Shown here piece after piece: positions 1 through 8,166 of a stretch of 64,000 nt of DNA. This DNA is from an uncultured Acidobacteriota bacterium. GTDB taxonomy: Bacteria; Acidobacteriota; Vicinamibacteria; Fen-336. The position numbers and the translations under genes are program-made. The notes under the pieces are model-generated. The model searched no databases. It had not been told where the DNA came from and saw only the letters and a program-made list of their open reading frames with translations. Location of the stretch: assembly GCA_964628275.1 (NCBI GenBank), contig CAZVOI010000304.1, positions 2,892 to 66,891 on the forward strand, in the 5' to 3' direction. The number at the start of each line of letters is the position of its first letter. Position 1 is the stretch's first letter.

Positions 1-2121
1 GCGCGCGTTCTCGATCCGGTCGACCAGCACGTTGCAGAAGCCGCGCAGCGTGAGCGCCCGGTCGGCGCCGGCCTGGCGCGCGAGCGCCACCACCTTCTCG
101 AGGTTGGCGATCTGGGCGTCGCCGCGAGGCGTCCCGAAGACCGCGGCGAAGAGCCGCGTCTCGTCGTAGAGACGCTCGAGCAGCGCCGGCACCGAGATCC
201 GTGTGCGTTCGCGGTGCAGCGCCTCGATGACCGAGAGCGCGGGCGCGATCACCGCCCCCCCGGGCCGCGAGGCGTCGGCGTCACCCGTGAGCGAGCCGCC
301 CGCGAGCACGTACACCGCGATGTCGCGATCGGAGGCGCCGAACAGGCTCGAGCGCAAGGCCGCCACGCGCGCCACGCGGTTCGAGGGGTCGTCGATCGCG
401 CGCAGCGCGGCCAGCGTCTCGCGCACTTCATGCCGGTCGAAGAACGACTTGCCGCCGTCGACGGTGTAGCGCAGATCCGCGGCTTCGAGCGCCGCCTCCA
501 GGTGGCGCAACTGGGTCAGCCGGCGCACCAGCACCATCACGTCGCCGGCCCGGCTGGCGCGCTCCTTCCCGCTGACCGGATCGCGCACGATCACGCGGCC
601 CTTGGCGGCGAGCGCGATCCAGGTCGCGAGGGCGGCGGCTTCCATGGGCAAGAGCGCGTCCTGTTCGAAGCCGGGATCGAAGCGCAGCGCGAGCACGGAC
701 GGCTCGTCGACGAGGCCGGGCAGGGGTGCGATCGGCTGATACGCTGGCTGGCCGGTCTCGGGGTTCCCCACGATCAGCTCCGCGAACACGCGGTTGACGA
801 AGCGCAGGATCGCCGGTCGCGAACGGAAGTTCTGGGTCAGCTTCAGGACTTCATGGCCCTCGCGCTGTCGCGCCTCTTCCGCGACCTTCTCGAACAGGCG
901 CACCTCGGCGCGCCGGAAGCGGTAGATCGACTGCTTGGCGTCGCCGACCACGACCAAGGCGCCCGGCGCGTCGCCGGCCAGGAAGCGTGCGATCTCGACC
1001 TGTAACGGATCCGTGTCCTGGAACTCGTCGATCAGCAGCAGCCGGAAGCGATGGCGCAGCGCGCGGCGAACGCTTTCGTGGTCGCGCAGCGCGTTCCGCG
1101 CCAAGAGCAGCAGGTCCAGGAAGTCGAGCATCCCGTCCGCGGCTTTCTTCTCTTCGTAGAGCGCCACGACACCGCCCAGGGCCCTCACCAGACGGCCGTG
1201 GAGCGACGCGCCCCAGGCCTGCTGCCATTCGATCGGCGCCGACTTCGTCCACTCGCCGATCCTCTTGGCCTCCTCGAGCGCCTCGCTCGACGGCCAGTGC
1301 GGCCTGAACCCGAAGTTCTTCGGGATGCCGTCCATGCGCACCAGGTACGAGGCCAGGTCGATGCCCGAGAGCGGGCGCGAGCGTTCCCCGAAACCGATCA
1401 ACATCTGCAGCCTGGCCCCGAGCGCGTCGCCGACCTTCACGTCGGCGATCAGCTCGCCGGCGCGTGCCGCCTTCGCGAGCAGTTGCTCGCGCCAGCGGGG
1501 TGCGTCGACCGTGTCTTCGGTGACCAGCGGTTCGAGGTCGCGCTGCTCGATCAGGGTTCGCGCCAGGCCCTTGAGCGTGCCGCGCTCGTGCTGCGGTCCC
1601 ACCGGCTCGAGAGCGATGCCCAGATCGAGCGCCTCGACCAGGAGCGCGTCCTCGCCGACCAGGCGCGTCGCGAGCCAATCCTCCCAGGCATCGGCGAACA
1701 GCCGATCCGCGTCGGCCTCGTCGCCCATCCGGAAGCCTGGCGTCACGCCACACTCGAGCGGACGTTCCTGGAGAATCGCGGCGCACAGCGCGTGGATCGT
1801 GGAGATCTGGGCGCGTTCGATCACGTCCAGAGCGGCCGCCGCGCGCTCGCGCTCGGCTTCGCCGGCGGCCGTGTCGAGCCGCGCGCGCTCCAGGCGCTCG
1901 CGCAGCCGCAGCTTCATGGTGGTGGCCGCGTTCTCGGTGAAGGTGACCGCGGCGATCTCCTCGAGCCGCGCGCGCCCGGTCCGCACCAGCGCCTCGATGC
2001 GATCGATGATCAGCGTGGTCTTGCCGGTGCCGGCACCCGCTTCCAGAACGAAGCTGGTGCCGAGCTTGTGGCGGGTGGCCTCGCGGGCTTCGTGATCGAC
2101 CGGCGGCGCTTCTTTCGTCAT
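1..2121 (-). CDS. addA: UvrD/AddA-type ATP-dependent DNA helicase(-nuclease) subunit, N-terminal ~700 codons. The 3' end lies beyond position 1.
   Basis: Not in the supplied ORF track because there is no in-window stop. My own minus-strand translation from the ATG at 2121 gives MTKEAPPVDHEAREATRHKLGTSFVLEAGAGTGKTTLIIDRIE... It carries Walker A GAGTGKT, motif II LLIDEFQDTDP, VVVGDAKQSIYRFRRA and LTQNFRSRP. The ATG overlaps the TGA of the upstream gene (ATGA at 2118-2121). Confidence 0.85.
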   Translation of the reverse strand, partial: MTKEAPPVDHEAREATRHKLGTSFVLEAGAGTGKTTLIIDRIEALVRTGRARLEEIAAVTFTENAATTMKLRLRERLERARLDTAAGEAERERAAAALDVIERAQISTIHALCAAILQERPLECGVTPGFRMGDEADADRLFADAWEDWLATRLVGEDALLVEALDLGIALEPVGPQHERGTLKGLARTLIEQRDLEPLVTEDTVDAPRWREQLLAKAARAGELIADVKVGDALGARLQMLIGFGERSRPLSGIDLASYLVRMDGIPKNFGFRPHWPSSEALEEAKRIGEWTKSAPIEWQQAWGASLHGRLVRALGGVVALYEEKKAADGMLDFLDLLLLARNALRDHESVRRALRHRFRLLLIDEFQDTDPLQVEIARFLAGDAPGALVVVGDAKQSIYRFRRAEVRLFEKVAEEARQREGHEVLKLTQNFRSRPAILRFVNRVFAELIVGNPETGQPAYQPIAPLPGLVDEPSVLALRFDPGFEQDALLPMEAAALATWIALAAKGRVIVRDPVSGKERASRAGDVMVLVRRLTQLRHLEAALEAADLRYTVDGGKSFFDRHEVRETLAALRAIDDPSNRVARVAALRSSLFGASDRDIAVYVLAGGSLTGDADASRPGGAVIAPALSVIEALHRERTRISVPALLERLYDETRLFAAVFGTPRGDAQIANLEKVVALARQAGADRALTLRGFCNVLVDRIENAR

Positions 2122-5100
2122 CCGAGAGTCCTGAGCCGCTGCGCGTCGCGCAGGCGCGGATCCTGCGACTTCCGCTCGCGGCGGATGCTGATCAGGCCTT
2201 TCGGTCCGCACACCTCGGTGAAATCGCACCAGTCGCAGACCGCGGGGTCCTGCACGAAGACGCCGGAGCTGATCGCGTCGACCAGCCCTTTCAGCACCTG
2301 GCGGAAGCTGTCGCTGGTGACGACGCTCGGGTTGACGGCGACCTGCCGCCCGGCATCCACGTAGTCGAGAAACGCCTCGACCACGGGCTGGCCGGGGAAC
2401 ATCTGGGCGGCGGCGAGGATGTAGAACGGTATCTGGAGCTGCTTGCCGCCGCGGAAGATGCTGCCGTCGTCGCGCGGCGCCTTGCCGGTCTTGTAGTCGC
2501 GCAACAGCAGCGTGCCGTCGGGGCGCTTGTCGATGCGGTCGATCTTGCCCTGGACACGCAGCGTCCGGCCGTCGCCGATGTCGATCGCCAACGGCTCGGC
2601 GCGGTGCGGCTCGCCCACGGCGCCCGGCGACGCCATCCCGAAGCCGACCTCGAAGTAGAGCGGTGTCGAGCGTTCGGCGGCGGCGGCTTCCCGTTGCAGC
2701 CACAGCAGCAACGTTTCACGGAAACGGCGGCGCTCGCGCTCCCAGAGCAACGTGAAGCGGGGCGGACTCCCCTTGACGAGCCCGTCGAGCGCTTCGTCGG
2801 CGAGCTGCAGGACGAGAACGCGTGAGGCCTCCGAGTCGCGCACCGGCAAGAGCCCGTGGTCGCGCATCTCGCGCAAGAAGCGCTCGGCCACGTCGTGGAA
2901 GAGCGTGCCGCGCTCGAGCGGGTCGAGCTTGCGCCGCTCCTCGGGCTCGAGCGCCGGCTGGAGCCGAAGCACCGTTTCCAGGAAGTACTGGAAGCCGCAG
3001 CTCGCGTAGCGCGCCAGCCGGCTGGCCGATACCGGATGGGCCCAGCGCATCGGATCGAGCCGATCGCGCAGGCTCTGGGCCAGCTCGAGATCGCCATCCT
3101 TCGGCGAAAAGGCGACCAGCCCGTCGTAGGGCGTGAGATCGCGCGAGGCACGTGCTTCGGACGCGAGATGCGACTGCCGAAAGAACCGCGATCCCGCCGC
3201 GATCTGGAGCGCGGCGTCGCGGCCGCCGAGGCGCACCCGCGTCAGGTCGCGCTCGGCTCGATCGAGAGCGTCGGGCAGCGCGAATGTCTCGGGATCGTCT
3301 TCCAGGGTCAGCGCCTGGAGCTCGGCAGCGGAGAGCGGCCGGCCCTGGAGGGCTTGCGCTGCCGCCGCGAAGAAGAGCGACGGCAGCTTCTCGCGGCCGG
3401 AGCGCGAATCGGCACGCGGGTAGGACAAGAGCAGCGTCTCGGTGGCCTGCGCGGCCGCGCGATGAAACAGCCGGCGCGCCTCTCGGAGCTGATCCTGCGT
3501 CGTCACGAGCGGGCTGGGCGCGGTGTCGGCAGGCGCCTCCGCCGCCGGCGCGGGCGCGTCGAAGAGCGAGAGCTGTCGCTTCGCCTTCGCGGCCGGCCTT
3601 GGCACGACCGGGGCAGGCGCGAGTGCTTCGCGCTCCGCGTCCAGGAGCAGCGGGTCAGGCCGAAAAACGCCCGGGAAGCCGCCCTCGACGAGCCCGGGGA
3701 TCGCGAACAGCCGAAACGGCAGGCCCGCGATGGCATCGAGCGCGCCGATGTGCACGGCGCCGCGCAGCGGCGGATCCAGCGGCAGCCGCTCCCATTCGAA
3801 ACGCGCCTCGAGCACGCTCTCGACCTCGACCCAGGGCACGCGGGCCGAGAGCGAATCGAGCCCGGCGAGATCGGCGATCACGCCGAGCACGGCCTCACGG
3901 TCGCGCTCCTCGCCGAGCCATTGCGCGACCACCTGGCGCAGGCCCTCCGACCACTCCGACCAGGCGGCTTCCCCGGAGAGCGTGTCCAGGGTCAGGTTCA
4001 GCAGCTCGACCACGCGCAACAGCGCCTCGGCGTCCTTGGCGCCCAGCTCGCGCAGCGCCGCGCGCTCCGCCGTCCTCTCGTTGGCCGCGGCGGAGCGTTC
4101 TTCCTCGGCGTGAGCGCGCAGCCCGACGATCCAACGGTCGAGACCCGAGACGATGCGCGCGTCGCGCGAAAGCGCGTCCCAGCGCGCCGGCTGCGGCGCC
4201 TCGCCGTCGCCCAGGATCTCGGCGAAGGGGATCGGCGCGAAGGTCAGGAACTCCATCACCGCGCCGCGCGGCAGGTCGCGGCAGCGGAACAGCAGCAACA
4301 GCGAACGCGCCGAGCGCCCGAAGCGCAGCGGCAGCGACGGGTGCAGCTTGTGCGGGATGCCGACTCGGTCGAGCAGGTCGGTGAAGAGCGGCGCGTACAG
4401 GTCGGGACGCGCGAGCGCTATGCCCATCTCCTCGAACGCCACGCCGCGGGCCGCGGCTCGCAGCAGCCGGCGGCCGATCGCGCGTACCTCGGCGGCTTCG
4501 CCCGGCGCGGTCAGCAGCTCGACTGAAGCGTCCGTCACAGGGTCTCCGTGTGGCGCTTCGAACAGCCGCTCGCGCAACCGGCGTAGCGACGGCGCGAGCG
4601 GCGAGCCGGCCAGCGATGCGAACGGCGTTCCGGCCGGATCGACGCGGACCGACGCGCCGCCTTCGGCCCAGGCGGCGAGCGATCCGTGACGCAGGCTCGC
4701 AGGCGGGCGCTCTGCGACGATCTGCAGCGGAATCACTTTGCCGAGCGCCTCGACCAGAGCGCGCTCGATCGGGTCGAGCTCGGGGTCGCCCACCACGAAA
4801 CCGCTCGCACCTCGGAGCCACGACGTTTCCGCGAGACGCACGCGCGCCACCCGCAGCAGCGTCACGGGATCGGCGAAGCGACCCTCGACCTCCAGGAGAT
4901 AGCTCGCCAGGAGATCGGCCAGGGCATGGAGACGCGTCGCGTCCCCCGGAAGCGCCGCCTCCGCCAACGCGTGAAGGCTCTCGGGCAGGGTGCCGGCGCG
5001 GCGCAACTCGCGCAGCGTGCGGGCCAGCGTTCGCGCCACGCGCGCCCGGGGTACGGTTTCGGGTAGCCGCAGTCCGTGGGGCTCTGCGAGGAGCTTCGCG

Positions 5101-5300
5101 GCGATCAGCGCGTCATGGCCGGTGTCCCAGGTCTTGAGGCGCTGGCCGAGCAGCGCCGGTTCCGCGATGGCCCGTGCCAGGTCCATCGGCTTCCACGGAT
5201 AGAGCCCGGCGAGCGCCTTGCCGCCCGCCGCCAGCCGGCGCGGCCATTCGATCGCCGCCGCCAGCGACGGAACGACGAGGAGCGTGGGCCGAAGGGGCAC
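2118..5300 (-). CDS. addB: AddB-like PD-(D/E)XK nuclease subunit of a helicase-nuclease complex
   Basis: 1060-aa ORF. The C-terminal RecB-type nuclease core is GKIDRIDKRPDGTLLLRDYKTGK. It is bracketed by an upstream Cys (ASCGFQYF) and CDWCDFTEVC (C-x2-C-x5-C), the AddB Fe-S staple pattern. No Walker A is visible at the N-terminus. The stop overlaps the addA start. Confidence 0.8.
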   Translation of the reverse strand: MPLRPTLLVVPSLAAAIEWPRRLAAGGKALAGLYPWKPMDLARAIAEPALLGQRLKTWDTGHDALIAAKLLAEPHGLRLPETVPRARVARTLARTLRELRRAGTLPESLHALAEAALPGDATRLHALADLLASYLLEVEGRFADPVTLLRVARVRLAETSWLRGASGFVVGDPELDPIERALVEALGKVIPLQIVAERPPASLRHGSLAAWAEGGASVRVDPAGTPFASLAGSPLAPSLRRLRERLFEAPHGDPVTDASVELLTAPGEAAEVRAIGRRLLRAAARGVAFEEMGIALARPDLYAPLFTDLLDRVGIPHKLHPSLPLRFGRSARSLLLLFRCRDLPRGAVMEFLTFAPIPFAEILGDGEAPQPARWDALSRDARIVSGLDRWIVGLRAHAEEERSAAANERTAERAALRELGAKDAEALLRVVELLNLTLDTLSGEAAWSEWSEGLRQVVAQWLGEERDREAVLGVIADLAGLDSLSARVPWVEVESVLEARFEWERLPLDPPLRGAVHIGALDAIAGLPFRLFAIPGLVEGGFPGVFRPDPLLLDAEREALAPAPVVPRPAAKAKRQLSLFDAPAPAAEAPADTAPSPLVTTQDQLREARRLFHRAAAQATETLLLSYPRADSRSGREKLPSLFFAAAAQALQGRPLSAAELQALTLEDDPETFALPDALDRAERDLTRVRLGGRDAALQIAAGSRFFRQSHLASEARASRDLTPYDGLVAFSPKDGDLELAQSLRDRLDPMRWAHPVSASRLARYASCGFQYFLETVLRLQPALEPEERRKLDPLERGTLFHDVAERFLREMRDHGLLPVRDSEASRVLVLQLADEALDGLVKGSPPRFTLLWERERRRFRETLLLWLQREAAAAERSTPLYFEVGFGMASPGAVGEPHRAEPLAIDIGDGRTLRVQGKIDRIDKRPDGTLLLRDYKTGKAPRDDGSIFRGGKQLQIPFYILAAAQMFPGQPVVEAFLDYVDAGRQVAVNPSVVTSDSFRQVLKGLVDAISSGVFVQDPAVCDWCDFTEVCGPKGLISIRRERKSQDPRLRDAQRLRTLG

Positions 5301-5375
5301 CGCGCCTGATGATACGCGAGGTGAGCCCGCGCACTTGGCCCCAGCGGCATTTCCGGTTTACTCTCTGATTCCGGC

Positions 5376-6305
5376 ATGTCGAGCCTGATTCAGGATCTGA
5401 TCGCCAGGAAGAACTATCCCAAGGCGATCGAGGCGATCAACGCGGAGTTGAAGAAGCGCCCGAGGGACGCGCGACTTCGCATGCAGCACGCGGATACCCT
5501 GATCCTCGCCAACCGCAACCGCGAGGCGATCCCGATCCTGATGTCGCTGGCGGACGATCAGGCAACTGAAGGCTTCACCGCCAAGGCGATCGCATTCCTG
5601 AAGAGGATCGAGAAGCTGGAGCCCGGCCGGCAGGATGTCGAGGATCGGCTGGCGCGTCTGGTCCAGGAGAAGGTGAGGGCGGCTCCGGCGCCATCCCACT
5701 CGTCGTCGCCGTCGTTCGGGCTCGAGGAGTTCGACCCCAGCCAGGACATCTCCCTCGGCAGCGGCGAGTCGGTGTCGACGCCGGCCGACCCGGCTTTCGA
5801 CGGCATGCTGGATCTCGAGGGCATGGACTCGATCGAGATCGAGGAGGCCCCGCTGCCGACCTCGGCGACCCAGGCCGCGAAGTCGTTCCTGACGACGCCG
5901 CTGTTCGAGGGTTTCGAGCAGCAAGAGCTGGCGGCGATCATCCGCGGCCTTACGTTCGTGGGCGCCGAGCCCGGTGACGTGCTGGTCGGCGAAGGCGCGC
6001 CGGGAGACAGCATGTTCATCATCGTGTCCGGCAAGGCCAAGGCCTACGTGCGCGACCGCAAGGGCAGCTACATGAAGATCAAGGAGCTCAGCGACGGGGA
6101 CTTCTTCGGCGAGGTCTCCGTGCTCACCGGCAAGCCGCGCACCGCCACGATCACCGCCGCCACCGAGGTCGAGATGCTGGAGCTGGACAAGGCGACGCTG
6201 GACGACATCAACCAGCGCTACCCGCGCGTGCGCGAGGTGCTGCAGGAGTTCCAGAAAAAGCGCGCGCAGGAAGCCGTCGAAGCGATCATCCGCGGCAAGG
6301 ACTGA
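5376..6305 (+). CDS. Cyclic nucleotide-binding domain protein with a helical TPR-like N-terminal region and an acidic linker
   Basis: 309 aa. The C-terminal cNMP-binding signature is FFGEVSVLTGKPRTATITAATEVEMLELD. Divergent from addBA across a 75-nt gap. Confidence 0.8.
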   Translation: MSSLIQDLIARKNYPKAIEAINAELKKRPRDARLRMQHADTLILANRNREAIPILMSLADDQATEGFTAKAIAFLKRIEKLEPGRQDVEDRLARLVQEKVRAAPAPSHSSSPSFGLEEFDPSQDISLGSGESVSTPADPAFDGMLDLEGMDSIEIEEAPLPTSATQAAKSFLTTPLFEGFEQQELAAIIRGLTFVGAEPGDVLVGEGAPGDSMFIIVSGKAKAYVRDRKGSYMKIKELSDGDFFGEVSVLTGKPRTATITAATEVEMLELDKATLDDINQRYPRVREVLQEFQKKRAQEAVEAIIRGKD

Positions 6306-6308
6306 CGC

Positions 6309-7262
6309 TCACAGGATCGCCTTGAGCGTGGCGGCGTCGATGTTGCCGCCCGAGACGACAGCCACTACGCGCTTTCCCTCGAGGCCCGAGATCTTCCCGG
6401 AGAGCACCGCGGCGACCGCAGCGATCCCGGACGCCTCGGCGAGAACCTGCTCCGCGTCGATCAGCGCCGCGATCGCGCGTTTCATCTCGGACTCGCTGAC
6501 CAGCACGATCTCGTCCACGAGATGGCGGGCCACGGCGAACGGAGTCCTGCCGAAGCCGCCGGCGAGACCGTGCGCGAGAGTCTCTGCGTGGTCGTAGGGG
6601 TCGATCGCCTCGCCTCGCTGCCACGACAACAGCGCCGAAGGCGACGCTGCCGGGTTGACGCCGACGATGCGCGCGTTTGGGCGGAGCGCGCGGATCGCGA
6701 CCGCGATCCCGGCCAGGAGCGCGCCGCCGCCGACGGGAACCACGACCGCATCCGCCGGACCGGCGTCCTCGGCGATCTCGAGCCCGACCGTTCCCTGGCC
6801 GGCGATCACCGCCGGATCGTCGTAGGCCGAAACGAAGACAGCACCCGTGGCGCGGGCATGAGCAAGCGCCGCCTGTTGGGCCTCTTCGAAGGTCTTGCCG
6901 ATCAGGTGAAGCCGTACCGTGTAGCGGCGCAGTTTGGCGATCTTGGCGGGAGCGGCGTTGCCCTGGACGAATACGTCGGCCTTCAGGAGACCGAGCGCTT
7001 CACAGGCATGCGCGACCCCCAGCGCGTGGTTGCCCGCGGAGGCGGCCACGATGCCCAGAGCGCGCTCGGCCGGAGTGAGCGTTCGAATCTTGTTGAGCGC
7101 GCCGCGCGGCTTGAAGGAGCCTGTGTGCTGGCGGCATTCGAGCTTCAAGTAGAGCTCGACGCCCGCGGCCCTGGACAGCGGTGTGGATCGCAACAAGGGC
7201 GTGCGCAAGACGTGCGGCGCGATCGCCGCGTGTGCGGCTTCGATGTCGGACAGGAAAACCAC
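6309..7262 (-). CDS. PLP-dependent threonine/serine dehydratase (short form, no C-terminal regulatory domain)
   Basis: 317 aa. PLP-lysine motif HTGSFKPRGALNK, glycine loop VVPVGGGALLAGIA, and typical start MVFLSDIEAAHAAIAPHVLRTPLL. Confidence 0.85.
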   Translation of the reverse strand: MVFLSDIEAAHAAIAPHVLRTPLLRSTPLSRAAGVELYLKLECRQHTGSFKPRGALNKIRTLTPAERALGIVAASAGNHALGVAHACEALGLLKADVFVQGNAAPAKIAKLRRYTVRLHLIGKTFEEAQQAALAHARATGAVFVSAYDDPAVIAGQGTVGLEIAEDAGPADAVVVPVGGGALLAGIAVAIRALRPNARIVGVNPAASPSALLSWQRGEAIDPYDHAETLAHGLAGGFGRTPFAVARHLVDEIVLVSESEMKRAIAALIDAEQVLAEASGIAAVAAVLSGKISGLEGKRVVAVVSGGNIDAATLKAIL

Positions 7263-7284
7263 GGCTTCGCTTATTCTGAGGCCG

Positions 7285-8136
7285 ATGCGTCAGACCTCGG
7301 GATCGCTGCTGTGCCCGTCGTGTGGCCAGCTCGCCGGCGTGAACGATGCGCAGTGCTACCACTGCGGCCGGCGCAACCCCGGCTTTTGGGGGTTCGCGCC
7401 GCTGCTGCGCTCGATCGGTCTGGAGGCCGGCTTCGCGCCGCTCATCCTGTGGAGCTGCGGCGCCCTGTACATCGCGTCGCTCGCGATGGACCTCGAAGGT
7501 GTCCGGATGAGCGGGCTATTCGGCCTGGTCGCACCGAGCGTGTCCAGTCTCTACGTTCTCGGCTCGAGCGGCGCGATTCCTGTCTTCCGATACGACCGCT
7601 GGTGGACCGTGCTCTCGGCGGCGTGGCTGCACGGGAGCCTGCTGCACATCGTCTTCAACATGATGTGGGTGCGCGATCTGGTTCCAGTGATCACGCACCT
7701 GTACGGTTCGGCGCGCACCGTCATCCTCTACACGATCGCGTCGATCCTGGGCTTCGCCGCGAGCAGCCTGGCAGGTGAGTACCTGACGTTCATGCCGCGC
7801 GCGCTGCGCGGCGCGGGTTTCACCGTCGGCGCTTCGGCGCCCGTCTTCGGCCTGATCGGAGCGCTCGTCTACTACGGCCGCCGCAGCGGCAGCCGGTTGA
7901 TCTCGGAGCAGGCCCGGAGCATGGCGATGGGCGGGATCGTGTTCGGTTTCCTGATGCCGGGCATCGACAACTGGGCGCACATCGGCGGTTTCGCCGGCGG
8001 CTACCTGGCCGGGCGGTTTCTCGATCCGCTGCTGCCCGAGCGCGGCGACCACGTGGTGGCGGCGCTCGTGTGCCTGTTGCTGTCGGCAGCCTCGATCGCC
8101 GCATCGGTCCTCTTGGGCCTGCCTGCCGTTCGCTAG
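7285..8136 (+). CDS. Rhomboid family intramembrane serine protease with an N-terminal zinc ribbon
   Basis: The track ORF starts at 7183, but that overlaps the dehydratase. The in-frame ATG at 7285 gives MRQTSGSLLCPSCGQ...CYHCG. Catalytic motifs are GASAPVFGLIGAL (Ser) and NWAHIGGFAGG (His). Multiple TM helices. Confidence 0.85.
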   Translation: MRQTSGSLLCPSCGQLAGVNDAQCYHCGRRNPGFWGFAPLLRSIGLEAGFAPLILWSCGALYIASLAMDLEGVRMSGLFGLVAPSVSSLYVLGSSGAIPVFRYDRWWTVLSAAWLHGSLLHIVFNMMWVRDLVPVITHLYGSARTVILYTIASILGFAASSLAGEYLTFMPRALRGAGFTVGASAPVFGLIGALVYYGRRSGSRLISEQARSMAMGGIVFGFLMPGIDNWAHIGGFAGGYLAGRFLDPLLPERGDHVVAALVCLLLSAASIAASVLLGLPAVR

Positions 8137-8166
8137 GCTGGGAGCGGTATAGTTCTCCGCTTTTCG

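Noticed and set aside
851-1786. Long Arg/Ala/Gly/Pro-rich ORFs on wrong strands or frames throughout the window. Examples are 851-1786, 3152-4384, 8133-9443, 16623-18497, 20308-22209, 38034-39680 and 59575-60966.
   Set aside because: These are typical high-GC shadow ORFs. Their composition is extremely biased and they have no motifs. Each fully overlaps a gene with clear family signatures in another frame.
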